DNA of 64,000 nt from an uncultured Chlamydiae bacterium (GCA_963828125.1 CAWHDP010000002.1:512001-576000), one strand, 5' to 3'. Counted from the first letter of the stretch, positions 1-10,618 are shown. Numbers and translations are program-made. The notes: a model not told the origin generated them from the sequence alone.

Positions 1-19
1 GGGAAGGCATATTGGAGCC

Positions 20-2479
20 ATGACTGTCACTCCGATGATGTCCCAATGGCAAACATGCAAGGATCAGAGCAAAAACGCCCTGCTCCTTTTTCGTTTAGGC
101 GATTTTTACGAGGCCTTTTACGAGGACGCCCAGATCATTTCAAAAGAGATCGGCCTTACCCTCACAGCCCGCCAAGGGATTCCGATGTGCGGCGTCCCTT
201 TTCACACCGCTGAAAACTACATTGATAAATTGGTCGCAAAAGGGCACAGAGTCGCGATTGCCGAACAGACCGAAGATGCAAAAGCGGGCAAAGGGCTCGT
301 GAAACGGGAAGTCGTCCGGATCGTCACCGCTGGCACCGTCGTCAATTCACAGCTCCTCTCCGACAAGAAAAATAATTTTTTCGTGTCGATTGCAGGGCTC
401 GGATCGGTTTTTGGCCTTGCCATCCTCGATCTCACGACCGCTGAATTCCGCGTACAGGAAATTGAAAAAGAGCAGCCTCTCATAGACGAGCTCTGCCGTC
501 TTCGCCCCAGCGAATTTCTCGTTTCTAAAAACTTTGAATTCCTCAAGGAACTCTCTCATAGTTTTCCCTTCGTCGCCAACGTAAAAAACAGCCTCGATCC
601 CACTTTGAGCTTCGATGTGTTAACCGGCCATTTCGACGTCCAAAATCTCGACGGCTTTGGCCTTCGGGGCAAAACGGCGGCGATCGTCGCCGCTGGCTCG
701 CTCCTCCTCTATTTGAAAGAGGAGTTGAGCCTCTCTTTGGATCACATCCAATCGCTCCAAACCGAATCGCTCTCCCAATATATGTCGATAGACCGCTCCA
801 CCCTCCGGAATCTCGAGATCACCAGTTCGCTCGTCGACCTTCTCGATGTGACCTGCACCCCAATGGGAGCTCGACTATTGCGGCAATGGGTTCAGTATCC
901 GCTCCTCTCATCCCCCGCCATCCACGAAAGGCAAGAGGCGGTCCTCTCTTTCATCAACCGCCCCGAAGTGAGCAGATCGGCGCGCGAAGAGCTCTCGAAA
1001 ATACGCGATCTAGAGCGGCTGATGATGAAAATCTCTGCCGGATACGCGGGGCCAAGAGATCTCTATGCTCTCGGGATCTCGCTCTCCCATCTCCCCGAAT
1101 TGAAAAAACGGCTGTCGTTAGAGGCTCTATTCGACGCTGGCCCCCTTTCCGCCCAAATCCTCTCCGCAATGAACGAAAGCCCTCCGCTTCGGATCGGGGA
1201 AGGGGACATTTTTCAAAACGGTTACAATGAAGAACTAGACAAGTTCCGCCTCCTTTGCAAAGATTCGATGAGTTGGATGGGAGCCTACCAGACGAATCTC
1301 CGCGAGCAAACTGGCATTAAAACACTCAAAGTGGGGTATACCAAAGCCTTTGGCTACTACATCGAGGTCAGTAGGGCCCAAAGCGAAAAAATCCCCGCCA
1401 GCTTCCAAAGGCGACAAACTCTCATCAATGCCGAGAGATTCATCACCGAAGAGCTCAAACAATTCGAGCATCAAGTCCTCACCGCCGAAGAGCGATCGAA
1501 AGCCATTGAAGCGGAACTCTTCGATCAGCTGAGGAGAAACGTGGCAGCCCATGCTCCCGCCGTCTACGCCGCCGCTAAAATCATCGCCCGAACGGACAGC
1601 CTTTTATCGCTTGCGAAAATCGCCGCCGCCAACCAGTGGATCCGGCCCCTTGTGGACGAATCGGACGGGTTAGAGATCATCGAAGGGCGCCATCCGGTTG
1701 TGGAAAAAGCGATCGGCGCCGCCTCGTTCATCGCCAATGACGTCATCCTTAATCCGAGTCAGCAGCTCATGCTCATCACCGGCCCCAACATGGCCGGCAA
1801 ATCGACCTACATCCGCCAAGTAGCCATCCTCGTGGTTCTGGCTCAGATGGGTTCCTTTGTCCCCGCTAAATCGGCCAAAATCGGCGTGGTCGACCGCCTC
1901 TTTTCCCGGATCGGCGCCAACGACGATCTCGTCCGCGGCCAATCGACCTTCATGGTCGAGATGTCCGAGACCGCCCATATTTTAAATCACGCCACCTCCC
2001 GCTCGCTCGTCTTGTTGGACGAAATCGGCAGAGGAACCAGCACCTACGACGGAATCTCCATTGCCTGGGCTGTCGCCGAATATCTCCTCACGACCCATAG
2101 AAAACAGGCCAAAACCCTCTTTGCAACCCACTATTGGGAACTCACCCGATTGGAAAATGAATATCCTCACGCCGCTAACTTCCAAACAGCCGTGCAGGAG
2201 ATCCCCTCGGGTATCGTTTTTTTGCGCAAAATCATCCGCGGCGGCACCGATAAGAGCTACGGAATCCACGTCGCAAAACTCGCCGGTCTCCCCCCAAAAG
2301 CCATCAAACGGGCCGAAGAGATGCTCAAAGAATTGGAGAAAAAACCAGATAGCCAACTGCCGCTCTTCATCTCCACGCCTCAAGAGCATCCTGTCTTGAG
2401 CGCACTGAGAAATCTCGATCCGCTGAATCTCACCCCCATCCAGGCTCACCACAAACTCTGCGAACTCAAGCAGTTGTAG
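20..2479 (+). CDS. mutS: DNA mismatch repair protein MutS
   Basis: TPMMSQW and FRLGDFYE mismatch-binding N-terminus; Walker A GPNMAGKST; STFMVE; DEIGRGTSTYDG; FATHY; SYGIHVAKLAGLP. Confidence 0.98.
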   Translation: MTVTPMMSQWQTCKDQSKNALLLFRLGDFYEAFYEDAQIISKEIGLTLTARQGIPMCGVPFHTAENYIDKLVAKGHRVAIAEQTEDAKAGKGLVKREVVRIVTAGTVVNSQLLSDKKNNFFVSIAGLGSVFGLAILDLTTAEFRVQEIEKEQPLIDELCRLRPSEFLVSKNFEFLKELSHSFPFVANVKNSLDPTLSFDVLTGHFDVQNLDGFGLRGKTAAIVAAGSLLLYLKEELSLSLDHIQSLQTESLSQYMSIDRSTLRNLEITSSLVDLLDVTCTPMGARLLRQWVQYPLLSSPAIHERQEAVLSFINRPEVSRSAREELSKIRDLERLMMKISAGYAGPRDLYALGISLSHLPELKKRLSLEALFDAGPLSAQILSAMNESPPLRIGEGDIFQNGYNEELDKFRLLCKDSMSWMGAYQTNLREQTGIKTLKVGYTKAFGYYIEVSRAQSEKIPASFQRRQTLINAERFITEELKQFEHQVLTAEERSKAIEAELFDQLRRNVAAHAPAVYAAAKIIARTDSLLSLAKIAAANQWIRPLVDESDGLEIIEGRHPVVEKAIGAASFIANDVILNPSQQLMLITGPNMAGKSTYIRQVAILVVLAQMGSFVPAKSAKIGVVDRLFSRIGANDDLVRGQSTFMVEMSETAHILNHATSRSLVLLDEIGRGTSTYDGISIAWAVAEYLLTTHRKQAKTLFATHYWELTRLENEYPHAANFQTAVQEIPSGIVFLRKIIRGGTDKSYGIHVAKLAGLPPKAIKRAEEMLKELEKKPDSQLPLFISTPQEHPVLSALRNLDPLNLTPIQAHHKLCELKQL

Positions 2480-2542
2480 ACTCCAACCCTTGAGTTTGTG
2501 TGTCTCTTCCCACGCCGCTCCATAACGAATATCTGATCAATG

Positions 2543-2615
2543 CGTCCTCGACAGGATTCGAACCTGTGACCTGAAGCTCCGGAGGCTTCCACTCTATCCA
2601 CTGAGCTACGAGGAC
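2543..2615 (-). tRNA. tRNA-Arg(CCG)
   Basis: Minus strand folds as a cloverleaf: acceptor GTCCTCG/CGAGGAC, anticodon arm GAAGC-CT-CCG-GA-GCTTC, T-loop GGTTCGAATCC; no encoded CCA. Confidence 0.96.
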
Positions 2616-2693
2616 ATGGAGAAAGGCAGTATATTCAAACAGAGAGAATGAGGCAAGAGGCGCCCTCATGCGATACCGTAAATTTTACACAGA

Positions 2694-4127
2694 TCAGCGG
2701 ACAAGGATTTCGCCGATGTTTTCAACCATCATCATATTCGTCGTCCCCTTCTTGCCAAAGGGGGCGCCAGCCGTAACGACGACAATATCGCCAAACGAGA
2801 TGAATCCGTGGGCCATTGCGTAGGCGCTGGCGGCGCTGAGGGCCTCTTTGATATTTTGGCACTCGACAGCTAAAACAGGGATCACGCCCCATTGGAAAGC
2901 GAGCTGATGGTAGATAGTGGGAGAAGAGGTCACGGCAATGATCGGGATGGAGGGTCTGAGTCTCGACACGAGGCGAGCTGTCTGGCCGCTCGTCGTAAAG
3001 GCAAAAATGCATTTGGCATTTGCGCTATAAGCGGTCTTGACGGCGGCTATTGAGACTGCGGAGGAGACGTCGTGATCATCGTGCTGGGAATGGAGCTCAA
3101 AAAAGGCGTGGTAATCGAAATCTGTCTCGGCTTCGCGCACAATGCTCCGCATCCGTTGGACCGTCTCGATCGGGTATTTCCCAATGGCCGTCTCGCCGGA
3201 GAGCATCACGAGAGAGGTCGAATCGTAGATGGCATTGGCGACGTCCGACACTTCGGCGCGGGTGGGTCTTGGATTTGTAATCATCGACTCGAGCATTTGG
3301 GTGGCGGTCACGACCGGCTTGCAAGCTTGGCAGCCTTTTCGGATCATCATTTTCTGTAGTTTGGGGACGAGGGCGAGATCGACCTCAACGCCGAGATCGC
3401 CGCGGGCGACCATGATCCCATCGGCTGCTTGGATGATGCTGTCAAAATGTTCTATCCCTTGCGTGCTTTCGATCTTGGCGATGATCTGGATCTCCGGTTT
3501 CCCCTCTTGAGCGAGCAGTTGTCTGATCGTGAGGACGTGGTGCGCGGAGCGGATGAAGGAGGCGGCAATCAAATCTACATCGTGTTTGCAGCCGAATTTG
3601 AGATCTTCGATATCCCCTTCAGTGAGAGCTGGCAGGGGGATTTCGGCCCCGGGGATATTGATCCCTTTGCCGCTCTTCAAAAGACCGATATTGAGGATCT
3701 CGATCCAGACCTCTCTCTCCTCTTTCTTGACCACCTCGGAGATGATATAGCCGTCGTCAAAGAGAATTTTCATCCCAACGGTCACAGCATCGATCACCTC
3801 GATCGGGTCAACCGGAATTTCATCCGGTTGCCCCATCTCTTTCCCAACCAGTTTGAACTTTTGGCCCGGCTTCATGGCCCGTTCGCCTCCGGAGAGCTTA
3901 CCGACGCGGATCTTCGGGCCATGCGTATCAAGCATGATCGCAAGCGGGATCCCCTTCGTTTTACGCGCTTTTTTTAAAGAATGGATCACCCTCAGGTGCT
4001 CTTCGCGGGTTCCATGGCTGAAATTGAGCCGGGCGACGCTCATTCCAGCGTCGATCAACTCAAGGATTTTTTCATAGGTCCCGACGGCAGGACCGATCGT
4101 ACAGACAATTTTTGTGCGTGTGAACAT
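2694..4127 (-). CDS. pyk: Pyruvate kinase
   Basis: RTKIVCTIGP, ARLNFSHG, IIAKIE, DGIMVARGDLG, ATQMLESM, PTRAEVSDVANA, MLSGETA motifs. Confidence 0.98.
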   Translation of the reverse strand: MFTRTKIVCTIGPAVGTYEKILELIDAGMSVARLNFSHGTREEHLRVIHSLKKARKTKGIPLAIMLDTHGPKIRVGKLSGGERAMKPGQKFKLVGKEMGQPDEIPVDPIEVIDAVTVGMKILFDDGYIISEVVKKEEREVWIEILNIGLLKSGKGINIPGAEIPLPALTEGDIEDLKFGCKHDVDLIAASFIRSAHHVLTIRQLLAQEGKPEIQIIAKIESTQGIEHFDSIIQAADGIMVARGDLGVEVDLALVPKLQKMMIRKGCQACKPVVTATQMLESMITNPRPTRAEVSDVANAIYDSTSLVMLSGETAIGKYPIETVQRMRSIVREAETDFDYHAFFELHSQHDDHDVSSAVSIAAVKTAYSANAKCIFAFTTSGQTARLVSRLRPSIPIIAVTSSPTIYHQLAFQWGVIPVLAVECQNIKEALSAASAYAMAHGFISFGDIVVVTAGAPFGKKGTTNMMMVENIGEILVR

Positions 4128-4170
4128 AAGATCATGTTACAAGAACGGCTTTTTTGGTAGAATCACAGAG

Positions 4171-7100
4171 ATGATGATTCTAAAAAAAGTCAGAGTGCAC
4201 AATCTAAAGGGGGTCGATCTGGAGCTCGAGCCTGGGCAGCTCGTGGTCTTCACGGGGGTGTCGGGTTCGGGTAAATCGTCCCTTGCGTTCGATACGATCT
4301 ATGTCGAGGGCCAGCGGCGCTATATCGAATCGCTCTCGCACCAGGCGCGGAGATTCTTGGGCGATTTGCCAAAGCCGGACGCCGAGAGCATTTCGGGTCT
4401 CTCTCCAACGATCGCCATCGAGCAAAAAACGGCTGGACGCACTCCCCGCTCAACCGTCGGGACGATGACGGGGATCTACGACTTTCTCAGAGTACTCTAC
4501 GCTCGCCTTGCGACCCCCCATTGTCCAGTGAGCGGCGAGCCGGTGGCCGCCCAAAGCCGGGAAAAAATCATCGCCGAGGTCCAAAGCTTGAAGCCAGGCT
4601 CCAAGATCGTCATCTTGGCCCCATTTGCACGGAACAAAAAGGGGGAATTCAAAGAAGAATTTGCCGAATTGCTGAGTAAGGGATTCCTTCGGCTCAAAAT
4701 CGATGGGGCATGGGTCGATTTAAGTGAAGAGGTGATCCTCGATCCAAAGGTAGGGCACGACGTCGATATCGTCGTGGATCGGCTCGTCGTGAACGGAGAG
4801 AACCGGTCGCGGATCGCCGAGAGCGTCTCAGCTGCGCTCGAACTGGGCAAAGGGGTTTTCAGCGTGGACGATACAGTCTATTCGCAGTTTGCCCATTCGG
4901 TTCAATCGGGGCTCTCCTATGGACCGCTGGAGCCCCACGATTTCTCCTTCAATCATCCGGCGGGAATGTGCCCTTCCTGCCACGGGCTCGGGGTCACCGC
5001 CGAATTTGATTTGGAGAAAGTCATCGATCCGGAAAAAAGTATCCGCGAGGACTGCTGTTTAGTCGCAAGTTCCTATAATACAGTCCGTTACGGAAATATT
5101 TACAACAACTTAGCCAAGCGGTTCAAGTTCAGCGTCGATACGCCATGGAAAGATTTGTCGAAAAGGGCCAAAGAGGTCTTTTTATATGGCGTAGAGCAAA
5201 AATGGACTCGGATGGATTTCGTCCATCCGGTCAAGAAAACCAGCTGGTTTGAATACGTGTGCTGGAAGGGGGTCCTGAGCGAGGCGAGGGAGCGGCTTGT
5301 GGCGGCAAAGAGCGATCTCTACCGGAAAAAAATGGGCGAACTGATGAGCGAGGGGGTCTGTTCGAGCTGCAAGGGGGAGCGGATAAAGCCCTATCCGGCA
5401 GCAGCGCGGATGGGGGGGAAACGGATCGGTGAGCTGACTGCCATGCCGCTCGAGGAGCTCCTTGTTTTTTTTGAAGAGATACGATGGAGTCCGCTTGAGC
5501 TCAAAATCGGAGAAGAATTGAGAAAGGAGATTCAAGAGCAGCTCTCCTTTTTGATTCATGTGGGCCTCTCTTATTTATCGCTCGATCGGACCTCGCCGAG
5601 TTTAAGCGGCGGAGAGTCGCAGCGGGTGCGGCTCGCCTCGCAAATTGGAGCTGGGCTCGTCGGGGCGATCTATGTGCTCGATGAACCATCGATCGGACTC
5701 CATCCGATCGATCACCATAAATTGATCGATACGCTGAAGGCGCTCAGGGATCAGGGGAATACTGTTTTAGTGGTCGAGCACGATCTCGACACCATTCTGG
5801 CTGCCGACCGGGTGGTCGACGTAGGGCCGGGCGCTGGAGTCCATGGCGGGGAGATTTTGGAACTCACCGATCCCCGCTCGATCACGGGGGGCTACGTCTC
5901 GGGGCGTCTGAAGATCGAACCGCCGAAAAAACGGCGAAAAAAAGAGGGCGAGCTGATCCTGACAGGGGCGTGCCGCCACAATCTGAAAAATGTAACAGTA
6001 TCGATTCCCCTCGGGGTCTTTATTTGCGTTACGGGGGTCTCCGGGTCGGGCAAATCGTCGCTCATCTCAGACACGCTCTATCCTGCGCTGATGAGTCGAT
6101 CGCCCAGCTTAAAGGGGCTAGATCTCATCGATAAAGTGATCGGAGTCGATCAATCGCCGATCGGCCGGACGCCCCGTTCGAACGCCGCCACCTATATCAA
6201 GCTGTTCGATGAGATCCGAGATCTCTTCACCGAACTGCCGGAGAGCAAAATCAGGGGCTTCGGGGCGGGCCACTTCAGTTTTAACGTGAAAGAGGGGTCG
6301 TGCTCTTACTGCGGCGGACTGGGCCAAGTGAAGATCGACATGGACTTCATGGAAGATGCGTGGATTCAATGCCCGCAATGCAAAGGCAAGCGGTTCGAGC
6401 CGGAGATTTTGGCGGTGAAATTTAAGGGAAAATCGATCCACGACGTGCTCGAGATGGACGTCGAACACGCGCTAGAGCTATTCGCAGCTTTTCCTCCGAT
6501 CCGGAAAAAATTGGAGGTACTCAGTTTAGTGGGGCTCGACTATCTGAGCCTGGGTCAGCCATCGACGACGCTCTCCGGCGGCGAGGCGCAAAGGATCAAG
6601 CTCGCCAAAGAATTAGTACGCCCTGCCACCGGAAAGACAATGTTTATCCTCGATGAGCCGACGACTGGGCTCCATTTCCATGACGTCAAAAAGTTGATCG
6701 GGATTTTGCAGCATTTAGTCGACCGAGGCAACACTGTCCTCGTCATCGAGCACAACATGGATCTCGTCAAATGCGCCGATTGGGTGATCGATCTCGGGCC
6801 CGGCGCCGGGGCAAAGGGGGGGGAGATCGTCGGGACCGGGACGCCAGATCAAATCGCCAAACTCAAGACAGCGACAGGGATTGCGCTGAGAGGGGTGCAA
6901 GCTGGGGGGAAGTCGGAAAAAAAATTGGCGGTTATGAAGGAGATTGTTGTGGAAGGGGCGTGCCAAAACAATTTGAAGGGCGTCTCGCTGAAGGTGCAGC
7001 GCGGCAAAATCACAGTCTTCACAGGGCCGTCCGGTTCTGGGAAATCGTCGCTTGCTTTCGAGACGCTCTACGCCGAAGGGCAAAGGCGCTATACAGAGAC

Positions 7101-9555
7101 CCTCCCCCCCTACGCCCGCGCGCAAGTCAAACAACTCCCCAAACCCAAAGCGGAGAGGATCGAGGGGCTCTCTCCATCCATCGCGCTCGAACAAAAGACA
7201 GGCGGACTCAACCCGCGCAGCACCGTTGGAACCATCACCGAGGTTTATGATTTGTTCCGCGTTTTATACGCTCATTTGGGGATTCCGCATGATCCCGAGA
7301 CTGGAAAAGCGATCCAGAACATCAGCAAAGAGAGTATCGTCGAGGCGATTTTTAAGCTCCCTGAAGGGGAAAAAATCCAGATTTTAACGCCAGTGGTCTT
7401 TGAGAAGAAAGAGAGCTTTGAAACGCTCATCGAACGGCTTAACCGCGAAGGGTATCTCCGGATCCGACTCAATGGGAAGATTTATCCGCTAGATGAGCCG
7501 ATTCCCTATGAGAAATTCAGAAAAAACGAACTATTTTTAGTGATCGACCGGTTGGTTGTCGAACGAAAATCTGAAAAAAGACTCTATGAGGCGATCAGCA
7601 AAGCGGAAGGGGTAGTGATTGTAGGAAGAGAGGGGGAAGATTTGCCCTTTTCTTTCTCGGGAAGCGGACGGATTACCCCGCAGAGCTTCTCGTTCAACCA
7701 CGACGCAGGAATGTGCCAAGAGTGCTTGGGTTTAGGGATCACCTACGGCGCCCACCTCGAAGACGATAGGAAATTCCAAAAGAGCTCCATCTACGATATA
7801 GCCGACCGTTTGTTCAAAGAAAAAGGGACGAGCGGCGCTTACAAAGTCTTAGAACGGTATTTTAAAGAGGCGGGCGAAAGTAGAGAGGTGGTTTTGAACG
7901 GCGGGCCCGAAGTGCGGATGAAAGGGGGGCTCACCCTCCGGTGGCGCGGACTGCATCCAGTACTCGCCGGCGCCGCGCGAATGGCTGTAGGTTCTATCCG
8001 CGAGTCGCTCCTCCCCATGATGAGCGCCACCACCTGCTCCGCCTGCAAAGGGATGAGACTGAACCCCATCGCCCGCAATGTCCGGATCAAAGGGCTCTCG
8101 ATTGGAGATTTATGCCATTTAAGCATTGAAAAAGCCTACGATTTTCTCCAAGAACTCGAGGTTCCCCCCTATCTGAAAGAGACCCACGCCCAATCGTTGA
8201 AATTCCTCGAGTTTTTACTCGCCATCGGCCTCCGCTACCTTTCGCTAGATCGCTCTGCGCCGACATTGAGCGGCGGAGAACTACAAAGGATCCGGCTCGC
8301 ACGGCAACTCGGCTCTGGACTCACATCGTGCCTTTACATCCTCGACGAGCCGACGATCGGACTCCACCCTTATAACAATGAACTCTTGACCCGGGCATTG
8401 AAAGACCTTCGCGATCTTGGCAATACATTGATCCTCGTCGAGCACGATCCAATGACGATCCGCGCCTCCGATTATCTATTCGATTTTGGCCCGAAAGCAG
8501 GACGCGAAGGGGGCTATATCACAGCCCACGGAACCATTGCCGAAATTGAAAAAAATCCCGATTCGCTCACCGGCGCCTATTTAAGCGGCCGGAAACAAAT
8601 CCCCATTCCGAAAAAAAGGAGACCCTTCACACCAGGTATCCGGATTGAAAACGCTACGCTACATAATCTTAAAAATATCACCGTCGAAATCCCCAAATCG
8701 GCCATCACGTGTCTAACGGGCGTCTCTGGATCGGGCAAATCGACCTTAATGAGCTATCTGCTGAAAAATCGGGAATTCGAGCGGGTCATCATCGTCGATC
8801 AAAGCCCCATTGGACAAACCTCGCGCGCAGACGTCAGCACCTACTCTGACATCCAGCCTCTCATCCGCGCCCTCTACGCCTCGCTCCCCCTCGCAATGAC
8901 CAAAGGACTCCAGCCCCGCCACTTCAGCCCCAATCACCTCCGCGGCATGTGCCGCACCTGCTGGGGACTTGGCTACAAGACCGTCGATCTCCAATTTCTC
9001 CCTGCCGTCCGCATCATCTGCGACAGCTGCCGCGGCTGCCGTCTCAACCCCATTTCTCTAGAGGTGAAATATAAAGGCAAACACCTCGGCGAAGTGCTCC
9101 AAATGACCGTCAGCGAAGCCCTTGAATGGTTTTCAGCCATCCCCAAAATCGTCAAACGGCTCGAGACCCTCATCTCCGTCGGCCTCCCCTATCTGCAGCT
9201 CGGCCAGGAACTCCCCTCCCTCTCCGGCGGCGAGGCCCAGCGGCTCCGCCTCTCCCGCGAGCTTGCCAAACGGGAGAGCGGCAACACGCTCTACCTCATC
9301 GACGAACCCACCGTCGGCCTCCACCCCGAAGACATCCTCAAACTCCTCAAAATTTTCCACCACCTCGCCGATAAAAAAAACACCCTCGTCATCATCGAAC
9401 ACAATATAGACGTCATTGTCAACGCCGACCACCTCATCGATCTCGGCCCCGACGCCGGCGACGACGGAGGGGAAGTCATGGCGTCCGGCACCCCCGAACA
9501 GGTAGCCCGCTCCCAAACATCTCGGACAGCGAAATATATCAGGGAAATGCTATAG
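4171..9555 (+). CDS. uvrA: Excinuclease ABC subunit A, tandem-fused double-length chlamydial type
   Basis: Four Walker A motifs (TGxSGSGKS) and four LSGGE signatures plus zinc fingers, i.e. two UvrA units in one ORF; start placed at ATG 4171. Confidence 0.96.
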   Translation: MMILKKVRVHNLKGVDLELEPGQLVVFTGVSGSGKSSLAFDTIYVEGQRRYIESLSHQARRFLGDLPKPDAESISGLSPTIAIEQKTAGRTPRSTVGTMTGIYDFLRVLYARLATPHCPVSGEPVAAQSREKIIAEVQSLKPGSKIVILAPFARNKKGEFKEEFAELLSKGFLRLKIDGAWVDLSEEVILDPKVGHDVDIVVDRLVVNGENRSRIAESVSAALELGKGVFSVDDTVYSQFAHSVQSGLSYGPLEPHDFSFNHPAGMCPSCHGLGVTAEFDLEKVIDPEKSIREDCCLVASSYNTVRYGNIYNNLAKRFKFSVDTPWKDLSKRAKEVFLYGVEQKWTRMDFVHPVKKTSWFEYVCWKGVLSEARERLVAAKSDLYRKKMGELMSEGVCSSCKGERIKPYPAAARMGGKRIGELTAMPLEELLVFFEEIRWSPLELKIGEELRKEIQEQLSFLIHVGLSYLSLDRTSPSLSGGESQRVRLASQIGAGLVGAIYVLDEPSIGLHPIDHHKLIDTLKALRDQGNTVLVVEHDLDTILAADRVVDVGPGAGVHGGEILELTDPRSITGGYVSGRLKIEPPKKRRKKEGELILTGACRHNLKNVTVSIPLGVFICVTGVSGSGKSSLISDTLYPALMSRSPSLKGLDLIDKVIGVDQSPIGRTPRSNAATYIKLFDEIRDLFTELPESKIRGFGAGHFSFNVKEGSCSYCGGLGQVKIDMDFMEDAWIQCPQCKGKRFEPEILAVKFKGKSIHDVLEMDVEHALELFAAFPPIRKKLEVLSLVGLDYLSLGQPSTTLSGGEAQRIKLAKELVRPATGKTMFILDEPTTGLHFHDVKKLIGILQHLVDRGNTVLVIEHNMDLVKCADWVIDLGPGAGAKGGEIVGTGTPDQIAKLKTATGIALRGVQAGGKSEKKLAVMKEIVVEGACQNNLKGVSLKVQRGKITVFTGPSGSGKSSLAFETLYAEGQRRYTETLPPYARAQVKQLPKPKAERIEGLSPSIALEQKTGGLNPRSTVGTITEVYDLFRVLYAHLGIPHDPETGKAIQNISKESIVEAIFKLPEGEKIQILTPVVFEKKESFETLIERLNREGYLRIRLNGKIYPLDEPIPYEKFRKNELFLVIDRLVVERKSEKRLYEAISKAEGVVIVGREGEDLPFSFSGSGRITPQSFSFNHDAGMCQECLGLGITYGAHLEDDRKFQKSSIYDIADRLFKEKGTSGAYKVLERYFKEAGESREVVLNGGPEVRMKGGLTLRWRGLHPVLAGAARMAVGSIRESLLPMMSATTCSACKGMRLNPIARNVRIKGLSIGDLCHLSIEKAYDFLQELEVPPYLKETHAQSLKFLEFLLAIGLRYLSLDRSAPTLSGGELQRIRLARQLGSGLTSCLYILDEPTIGLHPYNNELLTRALKDLRDLGNTLILVEHDPMTIRASDYLFDFGPKAGREGGYITAHGTIAEIEKNPDSLTGAYLSGRKQIPIPKKRRPFTPGIRIENATLHNLKNITVEIPKSAITCLTGVSGSGKSTLMSYLLKNREFERVIIVDQSPIGQTSRADVSTYSDIQPLIRALYASLPLAMTKGLQPRHFSPNHLRGMCRTCWGLGYKTVDLQFLPAVRIICDSCRGCRLNPISLEVKYKGKHLGEVLQMTVSEALEWFSAIPKIVKRLETLISVGLPYLQLGQELPSLSGGEAQRLRLSRELAKRESGNTLYLIDEPTVGLHPEDILKLLKIFHHLADKKNTLVIIEHNIDVIVNADHLIDLGPDAGDDGGEVMASGTPEQVARSQTSRTAKYIREML

Positions 9556-9577
9556 TCCGGAAAAAGGAGTTTTCGTT

Positions 9578-9949
9578 ATGTCCGGTCTACATCCCGTTAC
9601 ATCGAGAAAAAAGGCCCAGGCCCTCTCGACCGCTCTGTTTTTAATCGGATTGGCCACCCTGATTTTCACCGACGCCTGGTGGCCCGGCGTCATGCTCATT
9701 ATCGGATTGCCGCTCGCCCTGCGGCAATACTTGCTCGGCAGAACCTATGATATGATGATGACCCTCCTCGTCTTTATCGGCACCTTCGTCACCGTCCAAT
9801 TCGATATCTCCTGGCGCATCTTCCTCCCCATCCTCTTTACCCTAGGAGCTCTCTATATCCTCTTCCGCGAATTCCTAGGACCCGATGAAACCACCGAAGA
9901 GGAGAAAGAGGAAGAACTCAACCGCGAAATTGAAGAGAACAAGAAATAG
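9578..9949 (+). CDS. Small multi-pass membrane protein of unknown function
   Basis: AGGAG ribosome-binding site; about four hydrophobic segments; acidic C-terminal tail. Confidence 0.85.
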   Translation: MSGLHPVTSRKKAQALSTALFLIGLATLIFTDAWWPGVMLIIGLPLALRQYLLGRTYDMMMTLLVFIGTFVTVQFDISWRIFLPILFTLGALYILFREFLGPDETTEEEKEEELNREIEENKK

Positions 9950-10215
9950 GTGAGTTTAAGCAAGAAGCTGACTGTTAGTGGATTATGTTTTTTTACAATT
10001 ATTTATTCTATTTAATACTAGCTTCGTGCTATAATTATTTTCATGAAAAAGAACAGTGACCACAAATCTTCTCTTCTCGTTGCGCCTGCAATGCAGATTA
10101 CAATTCATTGTATTCGGGTCTGACCCGAATCATCCTTGTTTTCCATCACATTTTTTAAGTTAAATAAAAAAAATAAAACAGATTAAAAATAACAATAAAA
10201 AAAAGGAATATTATT

Positions 10216-10554
10216 ATGCCATTAGGATATGTACCAACAGGAAATTATAGACAAGGTCCCGCACCCACGCAACCCGCTCAAGCTGCACAACAACCTGCAC
10301 CCCCAGCCCCGTCGCCCGCAGATGATGCCGCTGTATTGGCGCAATTTCAGGGCATGCAGATGAATGCTGACCCAAAACAAGATAACTGTGCGGTGTGCCG
10401 AAACCCTCTTTCTCAAGAGAGAGTTGTACAATTCCCTTGTTCGCATCAACTGCATGTAAAGTGTGCAGCGGAGTGGGCTAGAGTTCATAGACCGGCCTCT
10501 TGCCCTATATGCCGCGCACCTTTTGTTCTTGTTCAAAATTGCGTCATCCTTTGA
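10216..10554 (+). CDS. Eukaryotic-like RING-H2 finger protein with C-terminal CaaX motif (CVIL); putative E3 ligase effector
   Basis: C-x2-C-x13-C-x-H-x2-H-x2-C-x12-C-x2-C with conserved Trp and CPICR; P/Q/A-rich N-terminus; AAGGA upstream; terminator-like hairpin downstream. Confidence 0.88.
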   Translation: MPLGYVPTGNYRQGPAPTQPAQAAQQPAPPAPSPADDAAVLAQFQGMQMNADPKQDNCAVCRNPLSQERVVQFPCSHQLHVKCAAEWARVHRPASCPICRAPFVLVQNCVIL

Positions 10555-10590
10555 CATATAAAAAATGATCTCTTAATTTTTTTCGTTCGG

Positions 10591-10618
10591 CCCCCTTGAT
10601 TCTAAGGGGGTTTTGTTT
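10591..10618 (+). terminator. Probable intrinsic terminator after the RING gene
   Basis: CCCCCTT-GATTCT-AAGGGGG hairpin followed by TTTTGTTT. Confidence 0.6.

Noticed and set aside
2466..2669. 67-aa minus-strand ORF
   Set aside because: Overlaps tRNA-Arg; spurious translation.
4171..9555. Double-length UvrA as a novelty
   Set aside because: Tandem-fused UvrA is an established feature of chlamydiae.
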